Shown here: in pieces, positions 37,500 through 49,589 of the stretch
Numbering within the stretch: the stretch's first letter is position 1
Layout of the letters: every line of letters begins with the position of its first letter
Assembly (NCBI GenBank): GCA_038087875.1
Contig: JAXLNO010005255.1
Span: forward strand, 62,001-126,000
Origin: Malacoraja senta
Lineage: Eukaryota
DNA: 64,000 nt
Direction of reading: 5' to 3'
Position numbers and translations under genes: made by a program
Notes under the pieces: generated by a model
Seen by the model: the letters and a program-made list of their open reading frames with translations, nothing else
Database searches by the model: none
What the model was told of the DNA's origin: nothing

Positions 37500-37527
37500 A
37501 ACGTTTCGGGCCGAAACCCTTCTTCAG
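37500..37527 (-). ncRNA. Minimal hammerhead-ribozyme core at a Penelope terminus
   Basis: Minus strand reads CUGAAGA-A-GGGU(UUCG)GCCC-GAAAC-GUU: intact CUGANGA and GAAA boxes, closed stem II, and palindromic ACGU in place of stem III. Stem I is short and cleavage is unproven. Confidence 0.6.
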
Positions 37528-38149
37528 ACTGAAAGGGGGTGGGGAGAAGAAAGGAAAAAAGGAAAAAAGGCGGAGGAGGAGCCCGAGGGCTGGGTGAGGG
37601 GAGGAGACAACCAGAGGGCTGATGGAGGGGAGGGAACAGCAAGGGCTAGCAGAGTTGGGAGAATTCAATGTTCAAGCTACCAGGATGTAGACTACCCAAG
37701 CGGAATATGGGGTGCATTTCCTCCAATTTACGGTGTTGCTCGCTGTGGCCATGGAGGAGACCCAGGACAGAGAGGTCAGATACGGAATGGGAGGGGGAGT
37801 TGAAGTGCTGAGCCACCGGGAGGTCAAGTTGGTTATTGCGGACCGACCGGAGGTGTTCGTCGAAACGATCGCCAAGCCTCTGCTTGGTCTCACCGATGTA
37901 GATCAGCTGGCATCTAGAGCAGCGGATGCAATAGATGAGGTTGGAGGAGATGCAGGTGAACCTCTGTCGCACCTGGAACGACTGCTTGGGTCCTTGGATG
38001 GAGTCGAGGGGGGAGGTGAAGGGACAAGTGTTGCATCTCTTGCGGTTGCAAGGGAAAGTACCCGGGGAGGGGGTGGTACGGGAGGGAAGGGAAGAATTGA
38101 CAAGGGAGTTACGGAGGGAGCGGTCTTTGAGGAAGGCAGACATGGGGGG

Positions 38150-39310
38150 AGATACATAGATACATAGAAAATAGGTGCAGGAGTAGGCCATTCGGCCCTT
38201 CGAGCCTGCACCGCCATTCAATATGATCATGGCTGATCATCCAACTCAGTATCCCGTACCGGCCTTCTCTCCATACCCCCTGATCCCCTTAGCCACAAGG
38301 GCCACATCTAACTCCCTCTTAAATATAGCCAATGACCTGGCCTCAACTACCCTCTGTGGCAGAGAGTTCCAGAGATTCACCACTCTCTGTGTGAAAAAGT
38401 TTTTCCTCATCTCGGTCTTAAAGGATTTCCCCCTTATCCTTAAGCTGTGACCCCTTGTCCTGGACTTCCCCAACATCGGGAACAATCTTCCTGCATCTAG
38501 CCTGTCCAACCCCATAAGAATTTTGTACGTTTCTATAAGATTCCCTCTCAATCTCCTAAATTCTAGCGAGTATAAGCCAAGTCTATCCAGTCTTTCTTCA
38601 TATGAAAGTCCTGACATCCCAGGAATCAGTCTGGTGAACCTTCTCTGCACTCCCTCTATGGCTATAATGTCCTTCCTCAGATTTGGAGACCAAAACTGTA
38701 CGCAATACTCCAGGTGTGGTCTCACCAAGACCCTGTACAACTGCAGTAGAACCTCCCTGCTCCTATACTCAAATCCTCTTGCTATGAAGGCCAACATACC
38801 ATTCGCTTTCTTCACTGCCTGCTGCACCTGCATGCCTACTTTTAATGACTGGTGTACCATGACACCCAGGTCTCGCTGCATCTCCCCATTTCCTAATCGG
38901 CCACCATTTAGATAATAGTCTGCCTTCCCGTTCTTGCCACCAAAGTGGATAACCTCACATTTATCCACATTATACTGCATCTGCCAAACATTTGCCCACT
39001 CACCCAGCCTATCCAAGTCACCTTGCAGTCTCCTAGCATCCTCCTCACAGCTAACACTGCCCCCCAGCTTAGTGTCATCCGCAAACTTGGAGATGTTGCT
39101 TTCAATTCCCTCGTCCAGATCATTAATATAAATTGTAAATAGCTGGGGTCCCAGCACTGAGCCTTGCGGTACCCCACTAGTCACTGCCTGCCATTGTGAA
39201 AAGGACCCGTTTACTCCTACTCTTTGCTTCCTGTTTGCCAGCCAGTTCTCTATCCACATCAATACTGAACCCCCAATACCGTGCGATTTAAGTTTGTATC
39301 TTAAATCACA
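38150..39310 (-). mobile_element. Young CR1 LINE 3' fragment (~1.16 kb), open RT C-terminus
   Basis: WIENWLANRKQRVGVNG...SGVPQGSVLGPQLFTIYINDLD...ISKFADDTKL...GEKAGTGY*; tail (CTATGTAT)n. Near-identical by eye to 50200-51360. Confidence 0.95.
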
Positions 39311-39687
39311 CGGGAAGATGTGGCGAGTGGTGGGGTCACGTTGGAGGTGGCGAAACTGACGGAGGATCACTTGTTGTATGTGACGGCTGGTGGGGTGAAA
39401 GGTGAGGACTAGGGGGACTCTGCCCTTGTTGTGAGTGGGGGGATGGGGAGAGAGAGCAATGTTGCGGGGTATGGCAGAGACCCTGGTGCGAGCCTCATCT
39501 ATGGTGGAGGAGGGGAACCCCCGTTCCCTGAAGAATGAGGACACTTCAGATGCCCTGGTGTGGAACGCCTCATCCTGGGAGCAGATGCGGCGTAGACGGT
39601 GGAATGTTTACACTCTATTTGGAGACACAGAACAATGCTGCACAAGGCACGATGTACAGGAAGGAACTACTGATGCTGGTTAAAACT

Positions 39688-40376
39688 CTCCAGTGAGTCC
39701 CTCAGCACGTACTCCTGCAGTCTGGAATGGACAGATGATGTTTTGGGTCAGACACTTCTTCAGACTGATTGTAATAGAAAGCTGAAAAAGAGATGTGGAG
39801 CTGGGACAAAGCCTGGCAAGTGATACAGGCGATAAGACACAAAAAGCTGGAGTAACACAGGCAACATCTCTGGAGAGAAGGAATGGGTGATGTTTCTGGT
39901 CGAGACCCTTCTTCAGACCCTTTGTCACCTTTTCACCTCTAGCCGTTGCCACTTACTCCACCCGTCTACTTATCATAATCTGTTCTCTAGTCGCACCAGC
40001 TTCTCGTTTTCACCCAACAAATAAATAACAATGGCCTGTTTCCTTTATCATCGTTACTTTTTTGCATATCTTTCATTCATTGTTCTTTATCTCTCAACAT
40101 CATTGTCTATATCTCTTGTTTCCCTTATCCCCAACTAGTCTGAAGAAGAATCTCGACCTAAAAAGGCACCCATTCCTTCTCTCCAGAGATGTTGCCTGGC
40201 CCGCTGAGTTACTCCAGCATTTTATGTCTTATCACCTGTATTACTTGCCAGGCTTTGTCCCAGCCCCACATCTCCTTTTCAGCTTTCTATTACAATCAGT
40301 CTGAAGAAGCGTCTGACCCAAAACATCATCTGTCCATTCCAGACTGCAGGACTACGTGCTGAGGGACTCACTGGAG
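39688..40376. repeat. Long inverted repeat (~230-bp arms, ~220-bp spacer) built from Penelope terminal segments
   Basis: 39688-39918 is the reverse complement of 40138-40376, including the shared junction ctccagtgagtccctcagcacg / cgtgctgagggactcactggag. Confidence 0.85.
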
Positions 40377-41119
40377 CTTGTTGCAGCCAACACCAAGGCT
40401 CAGTGGGGGTCTACAGTCTAGGGTCCTTCGTGGCAATACATTGGGGGGCTGCAACTGGTGAAGACGCCCCTCAAACAAGGGACGGGCTATTAACCCAGGA
40501 GGGCTATACGAGTGCCAAGGGTGCTTGATATAAGGGTAGTTTGTGAACACAACCAAAAATAACCGTAATTAATCCATGTGTGGACACTGAGTATGGCAGA
40601 AATGTTGTTTGCACTGTTCTTATTTTGTATACATTTCATTATTCTGAATAATATTTATCCTTGGTGGGGAAAAAATCCCTCCAGATATTACCTGACCTGC
40701 TGAGTCCCTGCAGCCCTTTGTGTTTTGCAGTGGATAGTATATATGATGTGGATGTGAATATTGGTGGTTTGATTAGTAGGTTTACAGATGACATGTACAT
40801 TGAAGAAGGTTGTCTATGGATCCAGTGGGATACAGATTAGCTGGAGAGCTGGATGGAGCAATAGCAGAAGGAATGTAATCCAGACATGTGTGAAGTTGTG
40901 CGTGTCGGCATGTCATGTTCTGGTAGGACATAAACGGTAAGAACCTGAGGGGTGTTAATATACAGAGTGTCCTTGGGTTGCAAGTTCATTGATACGTGAA
41001 AATGCCTATCAATGAACTTGCAACCCAAGGACACTCTGTAACATGAGTGTAACAAGGGTAGACAGGAAAGCAAAAAATGCACTTTGGCATGTTTGTCCAC
41101 TTAGACATAGCAACATATA

Positions 41120-41690
41120 AAATTGGTGCAGGAGTAGGCCATTTTGGCCTTCAAGCCAGCACCACCATTCAATCTGGTCATGGGTGATCAACCAGAATCA
41201 GTACCCTGTTCCTGCTTTCTCCCCATATCCCTTGATTTCGTTAACCCTAAGAGCTAACTCTCTCTTGAATACATTCAGTGAATTGGTCTCCGCTGCCTTC
41301 TGTGGCAGAGAATTCCACAGATTCACAACACTCTGGGTGAAAAGGTTTTCCCCATCTCAATCCTAAATGGCCTACCCCTTATTCGTAAACTGTGACCCCT
41401 GGTTCTGGACTCCCCCAACATTGAGAATATTTTTCCTGCATCTAGTCTGTCAAATCCGTTATTAGTATTCTATTTCTATCAGATCCCTTCTCATCCTTCT
41501 GAATTCCAGTGAATATAATCCCAGTCGATTCATTCTTTTATTATATGACAGTCCCGCCATCCCGGGAATTAACCTGGTGAACTTTGCTGCACTCCTTCAA
41601 TAGCAAGAATGTCCTTCCTCAAACTAGGCGACCAAGACTGCACAAAATACTCCAGGTGCAGTCTCACCAAGGCCCTGTATAACGGAATAG
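41120..41690 (-). mobile_element. CR1 LINE 3' fragment, decayed
   Basis: Same sequence family as 31380-32110 and 38150-39310. Confidence 0.85.
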
Positions 41691-42008
41691 ACTCTGGCAT
41701 CAAGTATATGAGTTGAGAAATCAAACAAAACATTGGTTAGGCTGCACATGGAGTATTGTGTAGAGTTCTGATCGCTCCACTACTAACGTTACTGTGTGGG
41801 GATCACTGGTTGGCGTGGGCCGAAGGGCCTGTTTCTGCAATGTATCTCCAAACTAAAAAGGATGTGATGGCATCAAAAATAGTGCAGAAGGGTTTTGCCA
41901 GGTTGTTGCCTGGAATAGAGGTCTGGTGTTATGTGAAGAGATTGGATAAGCTGCATTTATTCTCACTAGAATGCAGGAGTGAAATAATGAGGGCTATAGA
42001 TTGTGTCG

Positions 42009-42457
42009 GAAGGATCTGCAGATGCTGGTTTAAACCGAAGAAAGACACAAAAAGCTGGAGTAACTCAGTGGGACAGGCAGCATCACTGGAGAGAAGGAAT
42101 AGGTGATATTTCAGGTCGAGACCTTTTCGGGTTGAGTCCCTTCTTCAGGAAGGATCTACAGATGCTGGTTTACACCGAAGACAGATGTAAAAAGCTGGAG
42201 TAACTCAGTGGGACAGGCAGCATCACTGGAGAGAAGGAATGGGTGACATTTTGGGTCGACATCCTTCTTCAGGAAGGATTAACAGATGTTGGTTTACACT
42301 GAAGACCGACATAAAATGCTGGAGTATCTCAGCAGGACAGGCAGCATCTTTGGAGGGAAGGAATGAGTGACGTTTCTAAACATCATCCATTCCTTCTCTT
42401 CATAAATACTGCCTGCCCTGCAGAGTTACTCCGTCCGGCATTTTGTGTCTATCTTTG
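42009..42457 (-). repeat. Three head-to-tail copies (~125-140 bp) of the Penelope terminal block plus one inverted copy
   Basis: Units start gaaggat.(c/a)ag at ~42009, 42149 and 42273. The first two end in ccttcttcag, and the third runs into an inverted copy (42380-42457). Confidence 0.85.
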
Positions 42458-44103
42458 GGGTATAGATAGTATAGAGAGTAACTGTCTCTTTCCCAGGGCA
42501 GTGGAGACTAGAACTGGAGGTTTAAGGTGATGGAAGAGAAATGTCAAGGGGATCTCACCGCAGTAGTTATCTAGAATGAGCTGCAGGGGAGATAGTAGAG
42601 GCAGACATAATCACAATGTCTATAAAGCATTTGGACTTTTGGTAGGAAAGTCAGGGAGGGATAAGGGCGTAATGTAATTGTAGATAAACATCTCGGTCAG
42701 CATAAACAAGTTTGGGCAAATGGGCCTGTTTATATGCTGCATGATTCAGTATATTTTAAGATTCTTTCTGTGGTTTACATGTTGCTATCTCTATTAGCCA
42801 GTATAAGCACTGAAAATGGCTCAATCAGTCTACACCAGAGAGAACACTGCCTGAACCAAAGGAAGTGAGATATGTAACATAGGTTCTTTAGTTTTTTTTA
42901 GTTTAGATACACAGCACGGAAACAGGCCTTTCGGCCCACCGAGTCTGCACCGACCAGCAACTAACCCGCACACTAATACTATCCTTTGCACACGAGGGAC
43001 AATTTGGCACATGCATCAAGCCAATTAACCTACATTCCTGCATGTCTTTGGAGTGTGGGAGGAAATCGAAGATCTCAGCGAAAATCCAGGCAGGTCACGG
43101 GGAGAACGTACTAACTCCTTACAGACAGCACCCATAGTCGGGATTGAAACCGGGTCTCTGGCACTGCAAACACTGTAAGGCAGCAACTCTACCGCTGTGC
43201 CACTGTGCTGCCCTTATTGGTAACTTTGTGTGATCTTATTTTGTTATGATGCAAATTCTATGGGAACGCTTTCTCAATGAGATAGATAATGATGTAGAAA
43301 CAACGAACTGCAGATGCTGGTTTGTACCAAAGAGCTGGAGTAACTCAACGGGTCAGAGGTGTGCTACAGTATCTCTGTAGAAAAAGGATTGGTGATGCTG
43401 GGTGAAGCTTCAGGTTGGGATCCTTCTTCAGACTGATGTATCGGGTTGGGACCCTTCTTCAGAATAACCCTGCTTGAGACTGAAGTAGGGTCCTGACACG
43501 AAGTGTCATCCAGCCTTTTTCTCCAGAGATGCTGCAGGTCTCGCTGAGATACTTTAGCACTCTGTGTCTAAGGTTGATAATGAGTTGTTCAATCCTGATG
43601 TTTTGTGATGTTAATTTCTGCATGTTCACAGGGCAGACTGTGAGAGTAAACAGTTGAAAAACTAGTCTAGCAGGAAATGTGTGGTATTTGAGTAAGTGTG
43701 ATTGTGGGGCCTCTCCGGTGAGATGATTGGGGAACTCCCTGACAAAGGGGGATGTGGTGAACAAGTCACCAGGAGGTCATATCAAAGCAGAAGTTAAATG
43801 TTACATTGATATTTTTAGTCTGCTCTTGATGTACTGGCATGGTGCAATCCGATTTGGACAACTTACTGTATATTGCAGCTCAAGATGATATAGATATATA
43901 GCATTGGAACAGGCTCTTCAGCCCACCAAGTCCACGCTGAACAGCGATCACCGTACAGTAGCAATATCCTATAGACTTGCAACAATATATAATCTTTACC
44001 AAACCCTATTAAACTACAAACTCATCTTTGGAGTGTGGGAGGAAGCTGGAGCACCCAGGGAAAACCCACAGGTAGAATGTAAAAACTCCATACAGACTGA
44101 TTC

Positions 44104-44570
44104 CCGGGATGGCAGGACTTTCATATGAGGAAAGACTGGATAGACTTGGCTTGTACTCGCTAGAATTTAGAAGATTGAGGGGGATCTTATAGAAACTTAC
44201 AAAATTCTTAAGGGGTTGGACAGGCTAGATGCAGGAAGATTGTTTCCGATGTTGGGGAAGTCCAGAACAAGGGATCACAGTTTAAGGATAAGGGGGAAGT
44301 CTTTTAGGACCGAGATGAGAAAATCATTTTTCACACAGAGAGTGGTGAATCTGTGGAATTCTCTGCCACAGAAGGTAGTTGAGGCCAGTTCATTGGCTAT
44401 ATTTAAGAGGGAGTTAGATGTGGCCCTTGTGGCTAAAGGGATCAGGGGGTATGGAGAGAAGGCAGGTACAGGATACTGAGTTGGATGATCAGCCATGATC
44501 ATATTGAATGGCGGTGCAGGCTCGAAGGGCCGAATGGCCTACTCCTGCACCTATTTTCTATGTTTCTATG
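44104..44570 (+). mobile_element. CR1 3' fragment inserted into a minus-strand SINE
   Basis: DRLDAGRLFPMLGKSRT...GEKAGTGY*; tail (TTCTATGT)n. SINE halves at 43900-44100 and 44570-44650. Confidence 0.9.
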
Positions 44571-45773
44571 ACAGCACCCATGGTCACGATTGAACCTGGC
44601 GGTCTCTTGAGCTGTAAGGCAGTAACTCTACCGCTGTTCCACCGTGTCACCCTTTTGTGGGGGATCATGCAGAAGCCTCCTCGTGGCGATCCACGGAACC
44701 GACAACACGATGCACTCTGGGACGCGTCGGGCGACCTATTCTGTCAACATGTTGGACGACGACAGAAGCCAACAGTGAGCTACACCTCGTCTGACACACG
44801 AGCGAATGAACCCTTGTTAGACTAATCAACTGAAGGTTACGACTTATAAATATGATGTGATGCAACTAATTGAGAGTGCAGCATAGAGAGTGCAGCACAG
44901 AAACAAGCCCTTTTACCTATTGTCCATACTAACTATTTTGGGACCTGATCTCTTTTTATCTTCCTGATATTTCCAATACCTACCCCTAGATTTTACTCTT
45001 TAACGACACACGGAGCAATAAATGGTGGCCTGTGAACCAAATAACTGCCGTGACTTCCCTTTGTGGGTGGAATATCTGAATATCATATTTCCAAATGTTG
45101 ATCAGTAAGGGCGACATGGTGGGGCAGCGATAGAGTTGCTGCCTTAAAGTGTCAGAGCTCCGGGTCCGATCCTGACTATGGGTGCTGTATGTGCGGAGTT
45201 TGTACATTTTCCCCATGACCAATGGGTTTTCGCCAAGATCTTCGGTTTCCTCCCACACTCCAAAGACGTACAGGTTTGTAGGTTAATAGGCTTGATATAA
45301 ATGTAAATTGTCCTTCGTGTGTACGATAGTGTTAATGTGCGGGGATCTGTGCGGACTCGTGCTGAAGGGCCTGTTTCCACACTGTATCTCTAAACTAAAC
45401 TAAAATAATCTAAGTAAGCTTGACATTTAGAATCATGTACAGCATAGAAACAGGCCCTTCAGCCCAGCTTATCTATGCCAGCCAAGATGCCCCATCTACC
45501 CTTGACCCATCTATCTATATTTTAGCTTAGTTTAATTTATTATTAATGTCACGTGTACTGTTTTGCAGTGAAAATGTTTCTTGTGTGCTATCCAGTCAGT
45601 GAAAAGACTACATTACTATGAAGCCGTTCACAATCTATAGATACAGGGTAAATGATATCATGTTTAGTGCAATGTAAATCCAATTGGTGTTTTGCCGATT
45701 TCCCTCCAAACCTTTCCTATCCATATAAATTTCTATTACTTGACAATAATTGCATTATTTTATTTGTGTCTAG

Positions 45774-46034
45774 GGCCTCACACACTGATCTACTACTACA
45801 CCCTGAACCACGGGAGTACTCATCTACCAGAATATAGTGTCGTGGGTGAACTGGATGGTTGTGAGATACAGTATTATGACAAAAACATGGTCATTACAGT
45901 TCCAAGACAGAAATGGATGGCGGCTGCATTTGACAGGAATTACTGGGTAACAAATACGGTCTCTGAAACTGATTTCCATGGAATCATCAAAGGGCAAGTC
46001 GATGAATGGATGCGGAGGCAGAACGAAACAGCAA
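45774..46034 (+). CDS. MHC class I-like gene, exon 2 (alpha1 domain)
   Basis: GPHTLIYYYTLNHGSTHLPEYSVVGELDGCEIQYYDKNMVITVPRQKWMAAAFDRNYWVTNTVSETDFHGIIKGQVDEWMRRQNETA aligns with class I alpha1 (H3, Y7, P20, G26, D29, D37, P-R-x-x-W, Y59-W60, N86 sequon N-E-T). Acceptor tttgtgtctAG, donor A|GTTAGT, 261 nt, phase 1/1. Confidence 0.93.
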
Positions 46035-46763
46035 GTTAGTTCATTCATTTCAATACATTTGGAGTGTGATCAATGTTCATAAAAAAACATCTCAAAGAAA
46101 TTTCTCGCTGTGCCAGAGACCCAGGTTTGATCCTGACTACACGTTCTCCCTGTGAACACAGATATTTCTGCCAGGTTCTCCGGTTCCGTCCCATATCTTG
46201 AAAATGTGAGAGTTTGTAGGTTAATTGGGCTCTGTAAATTACTCTTGTGTGCTGAGAATGGGTGAGGAAAGAGGGATTACATAGATGTGTAGGAAGGAAC
46301 TGAAGATGCTGGTTTACAGCAAAGATAGGCACAATGTGCTGGAGTAACTCAGCGGGACAGGCAGCATCTCTGGATACAAGGAATGGATGACTTTTCAGGT
46401 CAAGACCCTTCCTCAGACAGAGTGTTTCCCCTGACTTACTCCAGCATTTTGTGTCCATTTTGGGATAACATAGAACTAGTGTGAAAGATGATCGATGGTT
46501 GGCATGGAATTGGTGGGCAGAATGGCCCATTTCCATGCTGAGTCACTAACCTAAGAACTGCAGATGCTGCAAATGTGAAATAAAAACCAAAAATGCCATT
46601 GTCTGATGGCTTCATTGTCAGTTTATCACCATGGAAACCTGTCATTACCTTATCAGTGATACTCCCTATGTCCAACCATGCCTCCCACTCCTGTCTGTAA
46701 CTTACACATTCTCACAATTCTGAAGCATTAATTTTGTATCTCTTTCCATAGGTTCCATAGGTA

Positions 46764-46829
46764 ACCAATATTTCAATGATTTGTAAAATGATGTGCTTCC
46801 AGCATTTTACAAATCATTGAAATGTTGGT
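46764..46829. other. 27-bp near-perfect inverted repeat with a 12-nt loop
   Basis: accaatatttcaatgatttgtaaaatg-atgtgcttccag-cattttacaaatcattgaaatgttggt; the single mismatch is a G-U pair on the + strand. Confidence 0.85.
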
Positions 46830-48194
46830 GGCTTTTTGAATGGTTAAAATCCCTTGCGTACCTCACCAATTGTTTTTACTTTTATTGACAAATTTAGAAT
46901 GAAAAGTTGTGTGAAATATTTAAAGGATAACCTAAATGTCATTGTGGTTCAGCCGTAGTGATGGTGCCGTAGTGCTATTGACCCAGGGTTGATCCTGGCC
47001 TCAGGTGCTGTCTGTACAGAGTTTGTACGTACTCCCCGTGACCTGCGTGGGATTTCCCCGGGTTCCCCGGTTTCCTCCCACACTCCAAGCCTGTATGCCA
47101 AAGGGGATCACTGGTCACTGTGGACTCTAAGGGCTGTTTTCGTGCTATATCTCTAAATTATCTTGGGCACCAATTGTAAAGTAAGCTGTCCAAATCCATC
47201 TGCACCACACTTGTATATCCATATAAGTTGCAATTGGACATGTTTTATATTGTAAATCAATAAGTCCTATCACCATTACTGTGTTAATTCAATGACATTC
47301 GTAGTGTACCATTGAACAAAGCAGGACTAGGCATGGGGGAACCATGGTGAGGTGGGGGGGGGGGGACAAAGGAGGACCTGGTGTGGGAGACTTTATAACT
47401 TTGTCGGTGCCCTTTATGTGAAGAATCTTGAAATACGTTGGGTTTACAAAACAAAGAATTTCACTGTGACTTGTCACATGTCACTATAAAGTGTCATTCA
47501 TTCATGATTAATTATTTCTGAAAACATTGCTTTTTGTTACCTCTTCGGTTACACATTAAACACATTATATTATTAATCTTTAACTGGACTAAAACAGGGT
47601 GAGGGTACAAACAGGGAACAATACATCAAAATATTATGCACTGGGCATAATTTCTATCAATTTTCCACATCTTGCAATATTTATTATTATTTTCAAATTA
47701 TATGTGAATACATGTGAATGACGTTTATTACATTATCATCTGATTCATTGAACCATGTTTATTGAATCATATTGCCTTCAAAAATATTTTTTTAATTTGC
47801 ATTATTTATGGTGCACATATTATCTGCAACATTGTTATGTTTATGAGATTTATGAGCATATTGTCGGGGCTCAAGGGTGGGAACAAGAGGGAGAGATTGG
47901 GCAAGCCAGGGCTTTATTCCATGGAGCACAGGAGGCTGAGGGGTGATCATATAGGGGTGCTTAAAATCATGAGGGGAATTGATAGATGTATGCCCAGAGC
48001 CTTTTACCCAGAGAAGGGGAATCAAATAACCAGAGGACATGGGTTGAATGTGAGAGGGGGAAGATTTAATTGGAACTTGGGGGCAAACTTTGTGCTCAGA
48101 GAGTGGTCAGCATATGGAATGACCTGCCAGAGAATGGAGTTGCGGCAGGTACAATAACAATATTTAAAAGACACATGGACAGGGACATGCATAG

Positions 48195-48672
48195 GTAGAT
48201 AAAAGTGCTGGAGAAACTCAGCGGTTGAGGCAGCATCTATGGAGCGAACGAAATTGGCAACGTTTCGGGCCGAAAACCCTTCTTCAGACTGATGTGAGGG
48301 TGGGTGGGAGGGGGGGAGTGGGGCGCAGGAAGAAGAAAAGAAAAGGTGGAGCCAGTGGGCTGAGGGAGAGCTGAGTAGGGGAGGAGAAAGTAAGGACTAC
48401 CTGAAATTAAAGAAGTCAATGTTCATACCGTTGGGGTGTAAACTGCCCAAGCGAAATATGAGGTGCTGCTCCTCCAATTTACGGTGGTCCTCACTCTGGC
48501 CATGGAGGAGGCCGAGGGAAGAAAGGTCGGATTTGGAATGGGAGGGGGGAGTTGAAGTGCTGATCCACCGGGAGATCAGGTTGGTTGTTGCGAACTGAGC
48601 GGAGGTGTTGGGCGAGGCGATCGCCAAGCCTGCGCTTGGTCTCACCGATGTAGAGCAGCTGACATCTAGAGA
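48195..48672 (-). mobile_element. Penelope 3' fragment with an intact hammerhead-like core at 48259-48287
   Basis: RKLEEQHLIFRLGSLHPNGMNIDF; minus strand CUGAAGA-A-GGGU(UUUCG)GCCC-GAAAC-GUU. Confidence 0.85.
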
Positions 48673-49589
48673 GAAACGTTTTGAATGATGTCTACCCATT
48701 GCAGGGTAAATGGGACTAGCTTAAATGGGGTATCTTGATTAGCATGGACAAGTTGGGCCAAAGGGCTTGTTTCCCTGCTGTGTGACTCTCTCTATGACTG
48801 CTTTATAGCAAAGAGCGCTGCTGCCTCACAGCGCCAGTGATCCGGGTTCAATCATCTCCAGTGCAGTCTGTGTGGAGTATAAGCATTCTCCCTGTGACAA
48901 TGTTTGTTCTCCAGTTTCCTCCCACATACCAAAATGTGCTGAATTAGTAGATTAAGCCACCGCTGCAAATAGGTGGATTTGTGGCATTGATAGAAATGAG
49001 AAAGATCCGTTTTGGGGAAAATTAGTGTTGGAATAATTTTGTTCTCTGGGCTAGAGTGGGCTCAGGAGGCTGAAAGGCCTCTTTCTCTGTCACATGGATT
49101 TATGGGCCGTTATTTATCCTTGAATTGCCTTCTTTCTCAATTTAGTCAACAATGTAAAATTGAAGTAATTGTCTGGATTGAACTATTTAACAATTGTAGA
49201 TGAAAGGAAGAGCAGAGGCTGCTTTCCTCCACACAAAATGCTAAGGAACTCAACGGGTCAAGCGGCATCTTTGGAGAACATGGGAAGGCAGATATTTTGG
49301 GTGAGGATCCTACTTCAGACTGAAGTTGGGACACGTTAGAACATGCTTTGTACTCACACTTGCAGTCCAGTGTTAGTTTTCAAGGATTTTTTGTTATTCA
49401 CAGCTTGTAGTTGTTACATATTCAGCAGACAGAACATGAGCAAACTAAAGCACCTGCAAAGCACAACTAAAAGACCGCAGAAAGAAGCTTGAAAAGAAGG
49501 CTCTTATCTAAACAAAGTACTTTCAAGAGAGAGTTAGATTTAGCTCTTAAGACGAAAGGAATCAAGGGATATGGGGGAAAAGATTAGTT

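Larger units (their letters stand above)
37400..39600 (-). mobile_element. Penelope-like element 3' part (37400-38150 and 39311-39600) interrupted by a CR1 insertion
   Basis: NKGRVPLVLTFHP...DPTTRHIFP at 39544-39311 continues as SAFLKDRSLRNSLV...LIYCIRCSRCQLIYIGETKQRLGDRF at 38145-37646. Confidence 0.9.
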
